NCBI RefSeq assembly: GCF_009914755.1
Contig: NC_060928.1
DNA length: 64,000 bases
Strand: one strand, 5' to 3'
DNA from: the human T2T-CHM13v2.0 reference genome, Homo sapiens
The notes beneath the pieces were generated by a model, which ran no database searches, was not told where the DNA came from, and saw only the letters and a list, made by a program, of their open reading frames with translations. Both the position numbers and the translations under genes were made by a program. Shown in pieces: positions 42,966 through 54,521 of the stretch; positions within the stretch are counted from its first letter, which is position 1, and each line of letters starts with the position of its first letter.

Positions 42966-43880
42966 CATTCACGGCCCAAGGGCTGTTAGCAGGTGATAAA
43001 TGCTGCCAGGACTGGGTCTTTTCCTTTAAGGCAGTGGGTTCCCTTCTCGCCTGGGGTGTGTCTAGAAACATCATCTGGGAGCAAAGGCCTAGAACAGGGG
43101 CCCCATGACCCTGACCAGTGCCCTGTCGTGCTTGGCTGAGCTGGTATCCAAGATGCAAGGCAAAGTCCTCCCCACTCTTTCCTCTCTTCAAGTAAAAGAA
43201 AGTGGTATCTTTTGGAGCCTCAAGCTATGCAGACTGGGGTTAGGGGAGGGGTGATGCCAGCACTCCATTGTCTTCCCCAGCTGGTGTCTCAGTATATCAG
43301 GTGCAATCCCAGTCCACTGTCTCTGGGCCTAGTTCAGCACCAGGACTCACCTAAGAGTTACAGTCCTTATGGCCCAGATTGCCTTTCAAGTTTAGTTGGA
43401 GATACAGAGCACTGTAGCCTTCAGTGGTGAGGTTTATGGGAGCTCAAGTTCAAACCACTGGGAGGCACAATTCCCATTTGGCCAGGGCTGGTTTAAATGC
43501 CCCTTCAGTGGGCAGGCATCAACTGAATTTGGTCCAGGTTTCCTTTCTGCCCTGACAGGACAGCACTGAGTTCAATGCCTCACAATTGCTCTTTTCTCCC
43601 TCCCTCAGTACCCAGAGATGCTCTGCACACCAGGCAGCTGCTTCCAGTGTGGGGGGAGGAGTGGTGTCAGCGATTCAGGACTATTTTTTTAATCTCTTCA
43701 GTGCTTCTTTCAGCCATATGAAGTTAAAACCAGGTACTGTAAGTGCTCATTTTATCTTTCGTTCTTATGGAGGTGTTTTTCTCTGTGAAGGTAGTTGTTA
43801 ACTTGGTATCCTTGCAGGGGGAAGGGCAATCGGTGGAGCTCTCTATTCTACCATCTTGCTCTGTCTCTCAGTATTACTTT

Positions 43881-44385
43881 GTGTGTTTTGCGATTTGTAT
43901 AAACACTGTCATACTTTGTCATCTGAAACACGTTTTTTTTTTCTTTCCCTTCCAATATTACATATCCAATAAATATCCATGTTGTTACATATCCATCTAG
44001 GCCATTCTCCTTAACATCGCTGTAGCACTCCATCACACAGATAATGCTTCCTTCTTCTTTGATGGAATTTAGGTTATTCGTATTTGTAACTGTTAAAATT
44101 GACTCTAAAATTAGCATTCTTGAACAAGTTTCCTGGTGCCCATGTGCAATGGTTACTTTAAAATATGTATGTAGAAACAGAATCCTAAATATTTAGTGCT
44201 TTGCGTTTTCAATTTTACTAAATATTTTTCTGGTCACTGGTGAGACTGAGCATGTTTTCATGTGTTATTAATCATGCAGGATTCCTTTTATGTCAATTGC
44301 CTATTTTACTGTTTTGTTTGTGTGATGCTGCCTTATTGAGTTGTAGAAGTTCTCCATAAAAACACTATTTACAATGTTAGGAGAT
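43881..44385 (-). mobile_element. L1ME-like fragment
   Basis: atccatgttgttacat...gatggaatttaggtta...ggtgagactgagcatgttttcatgtgttatta. Confidence 0.6.
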
Positions 44386-44399
44386 AGACTGGAAATTTA

Positions 44400-44995
44400 T
44401 TTCCTTTTCATCTTTATTGAGATATAATAGACAATAAAGATTGTATGTATTCAAGGTGTACTGTGATGTTTTGATATACATATACATTATGAAATGATTA
44501 CCACATCAAGCTAATAAACATGTCCATCACGTCACATAGTTACTATTTTTTGGTAGTGAGAATACTTAATATCTACTCTGTTAGCAAATTACAAGTATAT
44601 AATACATTATTATGAACTATAGTCACTGTGCTATACATTAGGCCTCCAGAACTTATTCACCTTATAACTGTAAATTTGTACCTTTGGACCAAGGTCTCCC
44701 TACTTCTCCCATCTTCTCACCCCTGGTAATCATAGTTCTACTGTTTCTATGTATTTGGCTTTTTTGGATTCCACATATAAGTGAGATCACACCGGCATTA
44801 CTCACAGTAGCCAAGACATAGAACTGTCTAAGTGTCCATTGACAGGTGGATAAAGAAGTTGTGCTACACACACACACATACACACATTCACACACACCCA
44901 ATGGAATATTATTCAGCCTTGAAAAAGGAGATTCTGCCATTTACAACAATGTGGATGAACCTGATAGACATTGTGCTAAGTAAAGTAAGCCAGGG
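44400..44995 (-). mobile_element. L1MA8/9-like 3' end with a 5' inversion (44794-44995 on +)
   Basis: Minus-strand 3' UTR to about 44792, then the upstream-adjacent L1 segment in the opposite orientation; TSD tggaaattta at 44390-44399 and 44996-45005. Confidence 0.88.
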
Positions 44996-45224
44996 TGGAA
45001 ATTTAAATAGTCGATAGTCATTATTGGTAACTTAATTTTGAATCAAAAACTATTTTGCTACCCCTTTTTCAAGCTTCTTGATTAATTTACTTAAAAATAT
45101 AATAAGCTTGAAAGAAAACTATTTTAAAAACTGCTTCCACTTGGAACTGTTGATCTTTAAGAAATCAGACCTTTCTAAATATTGTTCAACCAAAACCAAA
45201 TTATTAAATAGAAAAATAAGGTTG

Positions 45225-45522
45225 GGCCAGGCATGATGGCTCACACCTGTAATCCCAACACTTTGGGAGGCCAAGGCGGGTGGATCACAAGGTCAGGAGT
45301 TTGAGACCAGCCTGCCCAACATAGTGAAATGCTGTCTCTACTAAAAATACAAAACATTAGCTGGGCAGGGTGGCAGGCACCTGTAATCCCAGCTATTCAG
45401 GAGGCTGAGGCAGGAGAATCACGTGAACCCAGGAGGTGGAGGTTGCAGTGAGCTGAGGTCATGCCATTGCACTCCAGCCCAGGCAACAGTGCAAGACTCC
45501 ATCTCAAAAAAAAAAAAAAAGA
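45225..45522 (+). mobile_element. Alu, AluSx3/Sg-like
   Basis: gatcacaaggtcaggagtttgagaccagcc...ccaggcaacagtgcaagac; degenerate TSD gaaaaataaggttg/gaagactaaggctg. Confidence 0.95.
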
Positions 45523-46539
45523 AGAAGACTAAGGCTGGTACAAGACTATAGTTGTCATTCCTAACAAGGTTTTAAAATGATTATTTTATAATTGTATAAA
45601 TAAAAGTCCTAAAGTTCAACATATACATTTATGCTAATGTAATCTTCATTGACATTCTCTTACATACCTACGCTTCATACTGAATTTTATTTGAATAACG
45701 TGTCTTCCACTAATTTAAAATCTCTTGCTTAACAGACAAGGAAGCACAATCCCAAAGATTTACTTGACTTGCCTAAGATCATAGAGTTCGTCAAATCAAC
45801 TTGCCTGATAAAATAAAAATATTAAATTTCTTTGTAGGGTATAAGTGTTTCTAAAGTTTTCTCCTTCATTGTTTAATGTCATTAATAACCTCAGAATTAC
45901 AAACATTAAAGTGAAATGATAAGGTCTGAAGTGGTAAATTTGGTTTACGATCACGGATATGTACAGTTATTTAACTGCCAACAAAATAGATTTGTGGAAG
46001 TCATTAAGGTTTTGTGGCAAGAAATATGGAGAAGAAAATGAGGAGACTGGCAATGTCTCCTCATTTACTTCTATGTATAAGATTCCATTCTTATTCGAGT
46101 TTTGAAACAGTGGAATCAATCACCTTTTCTTTCCCTCTAGATTCTGAACAAATTGAGAATTACACACAGGAAACAGATGAGAATCAAAATATCAACTTAA
46201 TGATCAATAAATCTGGACCAGAGAAGGCAACGTGGATGTAAGACCCCAAACTATGCCTCCAAGAACTTACCCCTACTCAGTCACAGCTGTCAGTAGGGCA
46301 CAGAATCTCTGCTCCAGGGAGCTTCTCCACAGCAGCAAGAAAAGGAGAATACAGGCTGCCGGTAGACATGCTGATCCCAGAACAAGAACAAGCAAGACAA
46401 CAGGCAGTGCTCACACACTAGGACTTTCCCACTCTTCCTCCTGTGGGATGATAGAATAAATGAACAGAAAAAAACGTATCCACCATTTATCTGCTGAGAA
46501 ATAGTACTGAAGATCTCTCACGTTAAGGTTAGTGACACA

Positions 46540-47010
46540 GGGTGTTCTTTTATTCGTTGAAGTTGTAGCAAGAAAGTAATGACACGCTTCAAACAGTGGG
46601 CTGAAGGGATTGATGGAAAGACTATTCATAATGCTAAGGCAATGCTAAAGGAGAGAAACAAGGGGCAGTGATGCAGCTGAAGCTCACAAGAACAGGTTGT
46701 ATGTTGACATCTCTAAGGCCTAAGCAGCAACGGGAAGCAGGGGGCAATGTTGTTGCCGGAACATGGCAGTAGCTGTGGCTTTCGGAGTGAAGAACAAGCA
46801 ACTGTCAGACCATGGCCAGAGAGGGAATGAACCAGGAGAACAAATACTCCAACCTCTCTCTACTTATCGTTGATTATCCTGCCAGCACTGCCCATCCACC
46901 ACTAGCACCACCACCACCGTCACAATCAAGGCGAGCATGGTTGATGCTGTCCAGAGAAGCCAGTCTCCCAGAGTGGAGGGCAGAGTGGAGAGTGGTAAAA
47001 GTTACATCCA
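46540..47010 (-). mobile_element. LTR33-like ERVL LTR
   Basis: aaatactccaacctctctc...tgatgctgtccagagaagccagtctcccaga...gggcagagtggagagtgg. Confidence 0.6.
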
Positions 47011-47957
47011 ACCCAGCCCCCAACACATATGAATACATCAACTCGCAAAAGGGAACTTAAACTACAACAGCTGGATTACATCATAGCTACCTGTCTTCAG
47101 TGCTCAATTGGCAAGGGAAAATTGTATATCAGATCTTTGGACACCAATGGGAAGAGTAATCAGATTGATTAATTACAAGAAACGACTTATTGACAGAGTT
47201 TTTTAAAGTATTAATTTAAGTGTGGACAAGTGTTTCTAATTAACTTTTAACATCACCCAACGCTAAGTATCTTCTGATGCAATTATATGAGTGTTAGAAA
47301 ATTCATGAAATAGTTGTGGAGGTAGACACATTATTTCAATGCAAATGACACTAGATAAAAGTGGTGTAGGGAACATCTGTCTATTACACATATATGTGTG
47401 TATAAAAACGAGAGTTTCTGAGAAAAATAATTAACTTTGATGCCTGGGAAAAGAAAGAAGAACATGGAAGCAGCAGTGGCGGACACATTAAACATCCAGA
47501 GTTTTCTTCTAAACTTGATATCACTTGGACCCAGCTCAGTTTTCTTCCCAAACAATGTCAAGTCAACTGCTAAGGCTTGGATTCCACATTGTCATTTTAC
47601 CACCCCAGAAGTGTTTGGCTAAAATCTAGACTTCTGCCAATATTTTGTCAACATTTGAAATCTTCCTCTTCAGGTGATTCACCTTTTAGAAAACCCCAAC
47701 CGATGTTTTCTAAAAGAGGAAAACTTTTCCCCTAACAGTTTAAAAATAATGGGAAATATAATTATTCTTTTTTTTTAGGTAATGTCTATGCAAACCTAAC
47801 TCCAAGGAAAGCATGGACCATTCCCATCATTTACCCTGACAATCATGGTTTACTCATGGATCACAAAAGCATCAACCAACGAAGCTGCTTGATGGCTGCT
47901 ATACTTCTTTCCATGGTCTCCCAGCTGTCTCTGCATGTACACCATTTGTTTCATTGC

Positions 47958-47958
<1 letters not shown>

Positions 47959-47989
<31 letters not shown>
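47959..47989. repeat. (TG)n microsatellite, about 15 units
   Basis: Pure TG run. Confidence 0.95.
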
Positions 47990-47991
<2 letters not shown>

Positions 47992-48385
47992 TTTTTTTTT
48001 TTCTAAAAGACCAATTTAGAGTGTATTCATTTTGGAACAACGTCTGAGTTGTGCTTCCGGCAGTTCTAATTCAGTAATCTTTTTTTTTTCAGGCATTGTG
48101 TATTTTTTTTACTCTCTGAAAGGACATTCAGTGCTTTATGAAGTTTCACAATAAAATTTGAGTTGAGAATTTCAAAACGTAGATTTAGATAAAACAACAA
48201 CAACAACAACAAATGCCTGTGGTCTTAAGGATCACTGTCATCCATTCAATAAAATTTTACTGTTTCTGCAATATGCTAGGCGTAGAGTATATCGAGGAGG
48301 AATGCACAGATGTAACACAGAGCCAGTCTACCAGGAGAGATAAACAGGTTTAAATAATCAAAATACACTCTGTTAAGCATTACGT

Positions 48386-48850
48386 GTAGACCCTGCCAGG
48401 TGCCTAACTATTTTTAATATGCTTTTTCTTTCTTGCTGGTAGACTCTCAATTTTAATTAACGTAGCAATGCAACCAGCTAAAAATGCTTGATTTCCCAGA
48501 CTCCTGTGCCTACAGGTGTATGCAATAGATAAATGAGATTAAGGCAGAAGAGCATTGCCTTCTGAACAGAGGCAAAATCTAGGATATGTTGCTTAGCTCC
48601 TTGCCCCTTTGCCCTTCTCCCATCTTCCTAAGAATATGGATAAGAGTCAAGAAGTGCAGCAGCCATTGTGCAACTGAAAGGCACAATGCATGAGGAAAAA
48701 AATCCTAAATCTAAGGACAGTAGAGTAAAACTATGGAAAAAGATAGAGTTCTTAATAATATCAATCAGTAACCCAGCATGGCCCCTACAGAATTTTTATT
48801 GCATAAGACAAATAAACTGCAATCTGTTTACGCCATTACTAACTGATACT
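48386..48850 (+). mobile_element. MLT1J-like LTR next to an L2 3' end (about 48240-48380, minus)
   Basis: ccagctaaaaatgcttgatttcccagactcc...tgcagcagccattgtgcaac...aaataaac. Confidence 0.7.
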
Positions 48851-49764
48851 GGCTGTGATATAAGGATGCTTCATTTCCTACAAAGCACAAAGAGAAGGAG
48901 CAGAGAGAAAGTTTCACAAGAGACACTGGCATTTAAAATTTGAGCATCCTTTAGGTGGAAGGAAGGAGAAGACAGCAGAGTTTAAAGGTTGATGGGAACT
49001 AGAATCAATATGTTTGCACCCATATTGAGTTTCTGCAATATAGAAACCTACACTGTGCACATGGGGGCAAGTTTAATTTCTCTCTACCTGTTTTCTCATC
49101 AGTAGTGGAGTAGTTATTGTACCTACTTTATAGCATAGTTGTAAATGTAAAAAGGTGATCACTAGTAAAGCTATTACTGAAACAATGCTGGACACCTCAT
49201 ACGGCAGGTGTGAATGGGAGTACAGGAGATTCAGCTGCTTCCTCATAGTTACACTCCCAATGGCAGCTGAACATTGTGCATACTGGCTGCTTGTTATCAG
49301 ATTTTTCTAGATGGATCTGCATTATCTATTAATTCATTTAGGATTAAGCAGAGCTAATTTTTTTAAGTCCTTTCCTCAGAACTTGATCGAGTAATATGCA
49401 GGTTGAAGTTTGTGCAGTCATCAGATATAGCCCATAGATGTATGCCTGAATAGACCCGGTTTTCATTTATATGACTATTTATCAATGCATGTACTTTTCC
49501 TCTCTGTCACCACCATTCTGTTACCAGACAGTTTCTGTTGGATCAATCACTCCCTATTCAGTTATTTTCTCTACTTGACCAAAAGTATTCCTAACCCACT
49601 AAGACTTCTGACTTCCCCCTAAGACAGCTCTACCCATGTGACTTTGTTTCTGAATGTACCCGAGATTTTGTTTTTATTCAGGTATGATGAGGCCAACAGT
49701 GGAGGAGACAATTGCATTGAGAAGAATAGTTTGCTACAGCTCCCAAGAGGAGAGGGATCCCATG

Positions 49765-50676
49765 TGCAAAGATTAATTTCATGTGTCAACTTGTCTGGGC
49801 CACAGTATGCTCAGATAGCCGATTAAACCTTCTTTCTGGTGTGTCTGTGAGGGTGTTTCTGGAAGAGATGAACATTTGAATTGGTGAACTCAGTAAAGCA
49901 GATGGCCCTCTCCAGTGTGGGTGGGCCTCATCCAATCTGTTGTGTGCCTGAATAGAACAAAAAGGAGGAGAAGGTAGAATTTGTGCTCCCTCTGCTGACT
50001 ACTTGAGCTGGGACATCAATCATCTCCTGCCCTCAGAGCTCCTGGTTCTCAGGCCTTCAGACTCAAACTGGAATCTAGACTGTTGGCCTCTGGCCCTGAG
50101 ACCTCCACATTACATCATCAGCTTTTCTTTGTGCCAAGCTTGCAGACAGCAGATTGTGGAACTCCTCAGCCTCTATAAATGTGTGAGCTACTATTGGTTC
50201 CAAGGCAGAAGAATAGGGGCTGGAGGCAGGGAACTTAAGAATTTCTCATTACTAAATCATTCAAACACTTCAGCTATGACAAGAAATATCCTCTTTGTTT
50301 ACATAGGGCTTACACTGAGTAAATGACTTTGTAACTTTACTTCATTCTCTTCATTTACATAGGGTTTATACTGAACAAGTGACTTTCACTTTAGCCTCTT
50401 CATTTATATAGGGCATACACCAAGTAACCAATGGAAACCTCTAGAGGGTATTTAAGCCCCAGAAAATTATGTAACTGGGGCCCTTGAGCCGCTTGCTAGC
50501 GCCCCTTCCCGCCCTGTGGAGTGTCCTTTCATTTTCAATAAATCTCTGCTTTTGTTGCTCCATTCTTTCCTTGCTTTGTTTGTGTGTTTTGTCCAATTCT
50601 TTGTTCAAAAAACCAAGAACCTGGACACCCTCAATGGGTAACAGTTCTGTTTCTCCAGAGAACCCTAACTAATGCA
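49765..50676 (+). mobile_element. MLT2B/C-like (HERVL) solo LTR, middle layer
   Basis: ttaatttcatgtgtcaacttg...gtaaagcagatggccctc...tgtttctccagagaaccctaactaatgca; flanks ccatg/ccaca. Confidence 0.9.
50201..50643 (+). mobile_element. MER61-family (ERV1) solo LTR, inner layer
   Basis: aggcagaagaataggggctggaggcagggaac...CCAAT box, aataaa...aagaacctggacaccctc...gtaaca; perfect 4-bp TSD gttc. Confidence 0.85.
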
Positions 50677-51281
50677 CCACACCATGCAGAGCCACACAGG
50701 GAAGCGCCAGGCTCAGTCATGAGGCAGAAGGAGCAAGGGGAAAGCCATGATGGTGGTTTTCCTGGGCAGGGATGAGTGAGGCAGAGTAAGCAGTTTAGGC
50801 CTAGTAGTTTGAGTCATTTTGGAGAGCTCCATAGGGGTAGTCCCTAGTTGCCTGGTACCTGGCCCTGGGATGATTAAGGCAGAGGAATATTGTCACCTGG
50901 AGTAGAAAAGCCAGATAGAGGAGGTAGTATGGAGTGTGGGCTCTGGATTGGTTGGTTTGCATATCAAAAGTTTGTTCACAGGTAAATCCTTTTACTATCT
51001 GTGGGAACTAGTTAGCTCTGAGGTCAGTGAGGCTTCAACATGTCAAAGCATCCTAAAATATAGAAAATGAAAAACATAACTAATACAGATTTGGGCCCTG
51101 GTTTATTGTTTCTTGGTTCATGGTATTTCAGCTATGTCGATTTTAAATTTTCTTCTGTGCTATGTGAATGTCCAGTTTTAATAATCTTACACAAAAAAAC
51201 ACAGATTATACATTGTTAAAAACACATGTTATTCAAAATAAAAGTATTCAAGTGTTCATATTGTTTTGGCTAGACTCTTTG

Positions 51282-51347
51282 GGAATCTTTATTTTCCAGG
51301 TACCTGCTGTCATTGGAATCTTTATTTTCCAGGTACCTGCTGTCATT
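51282..51347. repeat. Exact 33-bp tandem duplication
   Basis: ggaatctttattttccaggtacctgctgtcatt, two copies. Confidence 0.97.
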
Positions 51348-51547
51348 TTTCACTCTCCCAGACATGAGAAAATGGATGCTTCATCAGTTAAGACTTTGAA
51401 TAACGAGATACTCCACAGTTTACATTTAAGCAAGAATAACTATAGTGCCTACACAGTTACTACAACTAGAACAATACATAAAATTATTCTGTATCATACT
51501 CCACACCCAAATACTGATCATCTTACCATCTCACTCAAAATAATGTC

Positions 51548-52049
51548 TTAAAAAATATATATATTTTTATATATACACATACATGGTATATTTATATTTA
51601 TATATACATACATGGTATATATATAAAAATATATATGGTATATATAAAAATATACAAATATTTTTAAAGATGCTGTTTATATATATATATATATATACAT
51701 TCTAAGAGATACATATTTTTTCTCCCCATATATATGTATATGTATATGGTCTCTTAGAATATGTGTACATACGGGGAGAAAAAACATATGTGTGTGTGTG
51801 TATATATATATATATGTATATATATATGTATGTATAGAAAATCCTAAGAGACAAGAGACAACACAGTGCTTTTCCAATGAAATTCTATAATTTTTTTCAA
51901 ATGTCATCTAACCTTCTTTTTAAAAATATATATATTTATATATATATACACATACATGGTATATTTATATTTATATATACATATATGGTATATATATATA
52001 AATATATATGGTATATATAAAAATATACGTATATTTTTAAAGATGCTGT

Positions 52050-52082
<33 letters not shown>

Positions 52083-52289
52083 CGCATTCTAAGAGATGCA
52101 TATTTTTTCTCCCCATATATATGTATATGGTCCCTTAGAATATGTGTATATATGGGGAGAAAAAACATATGTGTATATATATATATACACACATACAAGT
52201 ATAGAAAATCCTAAGAGACAAGAGACAACACAGTGTTTTTCCAATGAAATTCTATAATTTTTTTCAAATGTCATCTAACCTTCTTTTTC
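51548..52289. repeat. About 370-bp tandem duplication rich in (TA)n
   Basis: Both copies end tatagaaaatcctaagagacaagagacaacacagtg...caaatgtcatctaaccttcttttt. Confidence 0.95.
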
Positions 52290-52415
52290 TCTAGACTTGT
52301 AAACACTCTGTGAATAGAAACTATATCTACCTTATTCATTCTCCATTTTTAGCACCTAACTCTAGACTGTCACATGGTAGAAGCTCAATAAATATTTGTT
52401 GAAATAATGAATAAT
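52290..52415 (+). mobile_element. L2 3' end
   Basis: cacatggtagaagctcaataaatatttgttgaaataatgaa. Confidence 0.8.
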
Positions 52416-53097
52416 GAAGAACTTAATGCAAATAATATGACATACGAACATGGGCATATTTTAAGTCTGTAGGAAAAACATTTCTGTGGAATTCTTCTGC
52501 TAAAGTAAGTCCCTACGGCTCACTTCTCCATTTCTTGCAGGCATAGGAAGGTACGCCAAGAACAGTCACATTAACCACTAGAGTACTATAGAAATCTCTG
52601 CTCCTAAATTTTTCCTACCAGCCCTCCAGCCAAACTCTCAAATTAAAGACTGGTATTTATTTGAACTTGCACTTCTATATCTCAGTAGAGTTTGTAAACA
52701 TCTGTTAGTACATGGTGCCATTTAATATTCACAACTACCTGAGATGTAATTAGGACAAGCCCATGATCCCATCAGCTCAGATGTTTACACAATCATGGCC
52801 TCAGAGATTTTGTAGTTTAAAAGGAAAAAACAAATCAAATCACTTGAAGTGAGTGGGAATTTGAGCCATGGCACTGGGCACTTCATTAGGCTACTGCACT
52901 TAGAAATGTACAATCTCAAAGATACAAGAGGCAGCTCAAATTATCCTGTCCACCTACATTTTACATTAAAAAAAATTTTGCTTTAAAGGCTAAATAACAA
53001 ACCCAAACAGCCAGCAAACACCGGGGCAATGATTCAAGTTCCAATGGCCTGTTTTCTTTCAACCTGTCTGCTTAAAAGGGGTCCATTTGAATATTAA

Positions 53098-53764
<667 letters not shown>

Positions 53765-53930
53765 ATTGTTAAAGACAGCCATCCTTAAAATCAAATCAAA
53801 AAGGGCAATAAACTAAACTTTATCAGTCAAATCACTGAACACATCTTGAATGCTAGCATGAAAGATTCAGTCAAATCACTGGTGAAGTTTAATTTATTGC
53901 CCTTTCTGAAAGGCATTTGTATTTACAAAG

Positions 53931-54112
53931 CCAATGCTACTCAAAGTATGGTCCCACTGGGAGCATCCCATTACCTGAAAGCTGATTGGAAATGTAACTT
54001 CTTGGGCCCCACTCTAAACCTACTGAATCAAAATCTCTGGCAATGGGGTTCAGAAATCTCTATTTCAAAGTGCATCCAAGTTATTCTCGTGCATGCTACA
54101 GTTTGAGCTCTT
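53931..54112. mobile_element. MER5A
   Basis: tgctactcaaagtatggtcc...gggccccactctaaacctactgaatcaaaatctctgg. Confidence 0.85.
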
Positions 54113-54152
54113 TACTGAAGGATTTCACAATATCTAACATATAGTTGGTGTC

Positions 54153-54521
54153 TGTATTAGTTGCTAGGGGTACCATAACGAAGTGCCCAGACTGGGTGGC
54201 TTAAACAACAGAAATGTATTGTCTCGCAGTTCTGGAGGCCAGAATTCCATAAGCAAGGTGTCGGTATGGTTCCTTTCATTCTGAGATCTTTCCTTGGCTT
54301 ATAAGTGGCGCTCTTCTCCCTTTGTCTGAATGTGGTCTTTCCTCTGTGTGTCTGTATCCTAATGTCTTCTTCTTCAGTCATTTTGGACTAGGGCCCATCC
54401 AAATGACCTCATTTAACCTTAATTACCTCTTTAAAGATCCTAGCTCCAGTCACATTCTGAGGTACTAGGGATTGGGACTTCAGCATTTGAATTTTGGAGG
54501 AACATAATTTAGCTTATAATA
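54153..54521 (-). mobile_element. MLT1A/B-like solo LTR
   Basis: tgtattagttgctagggg...gggtggcttaaacaacagaaatgtattgtctcgcagttctggagg. Confidence 0.88.

Larger units (their letters stand above)
34441..43869 (-). mobile_element. L1MA2-like LINE-1 with both ends present and internal deletions, including most of ORF1
   Basis: L1MA 3' UTR at 34.44 kb; ORF2 relics (MNVNGLNS..., DPFICCLRETH); GC-richer 5' UTR starting cagagcaagatgg on the minus strand; exact 11-bp TSD agtattacttt at 34430-34440 and 43870-43880. Confidence 0.93.
49637..51087 (-). mobile_element. MER76-like ERVL LTR, outer layer of a nested set
   Basis: Left part ...ctcccaagaggagagggat continues after the insert as ccacaccatgcagagccacacagggaagc...gggctctggattggttggtttgcatat...taataca. 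Confidence 0.75.

Noticed and set aside
51168-51551. 127-aa ORF with a repeated GIFIFQVPAVI peptide
   Set aside because: The peptide repeat comes from the 33-bp DNA duplication; no homology recognised
51548-52289. CRISPR-like or regularly spaced repeat array
   Set aside because: Only two copies of a long unit with TA microsatellites and no unique spacers; eukaryotic context
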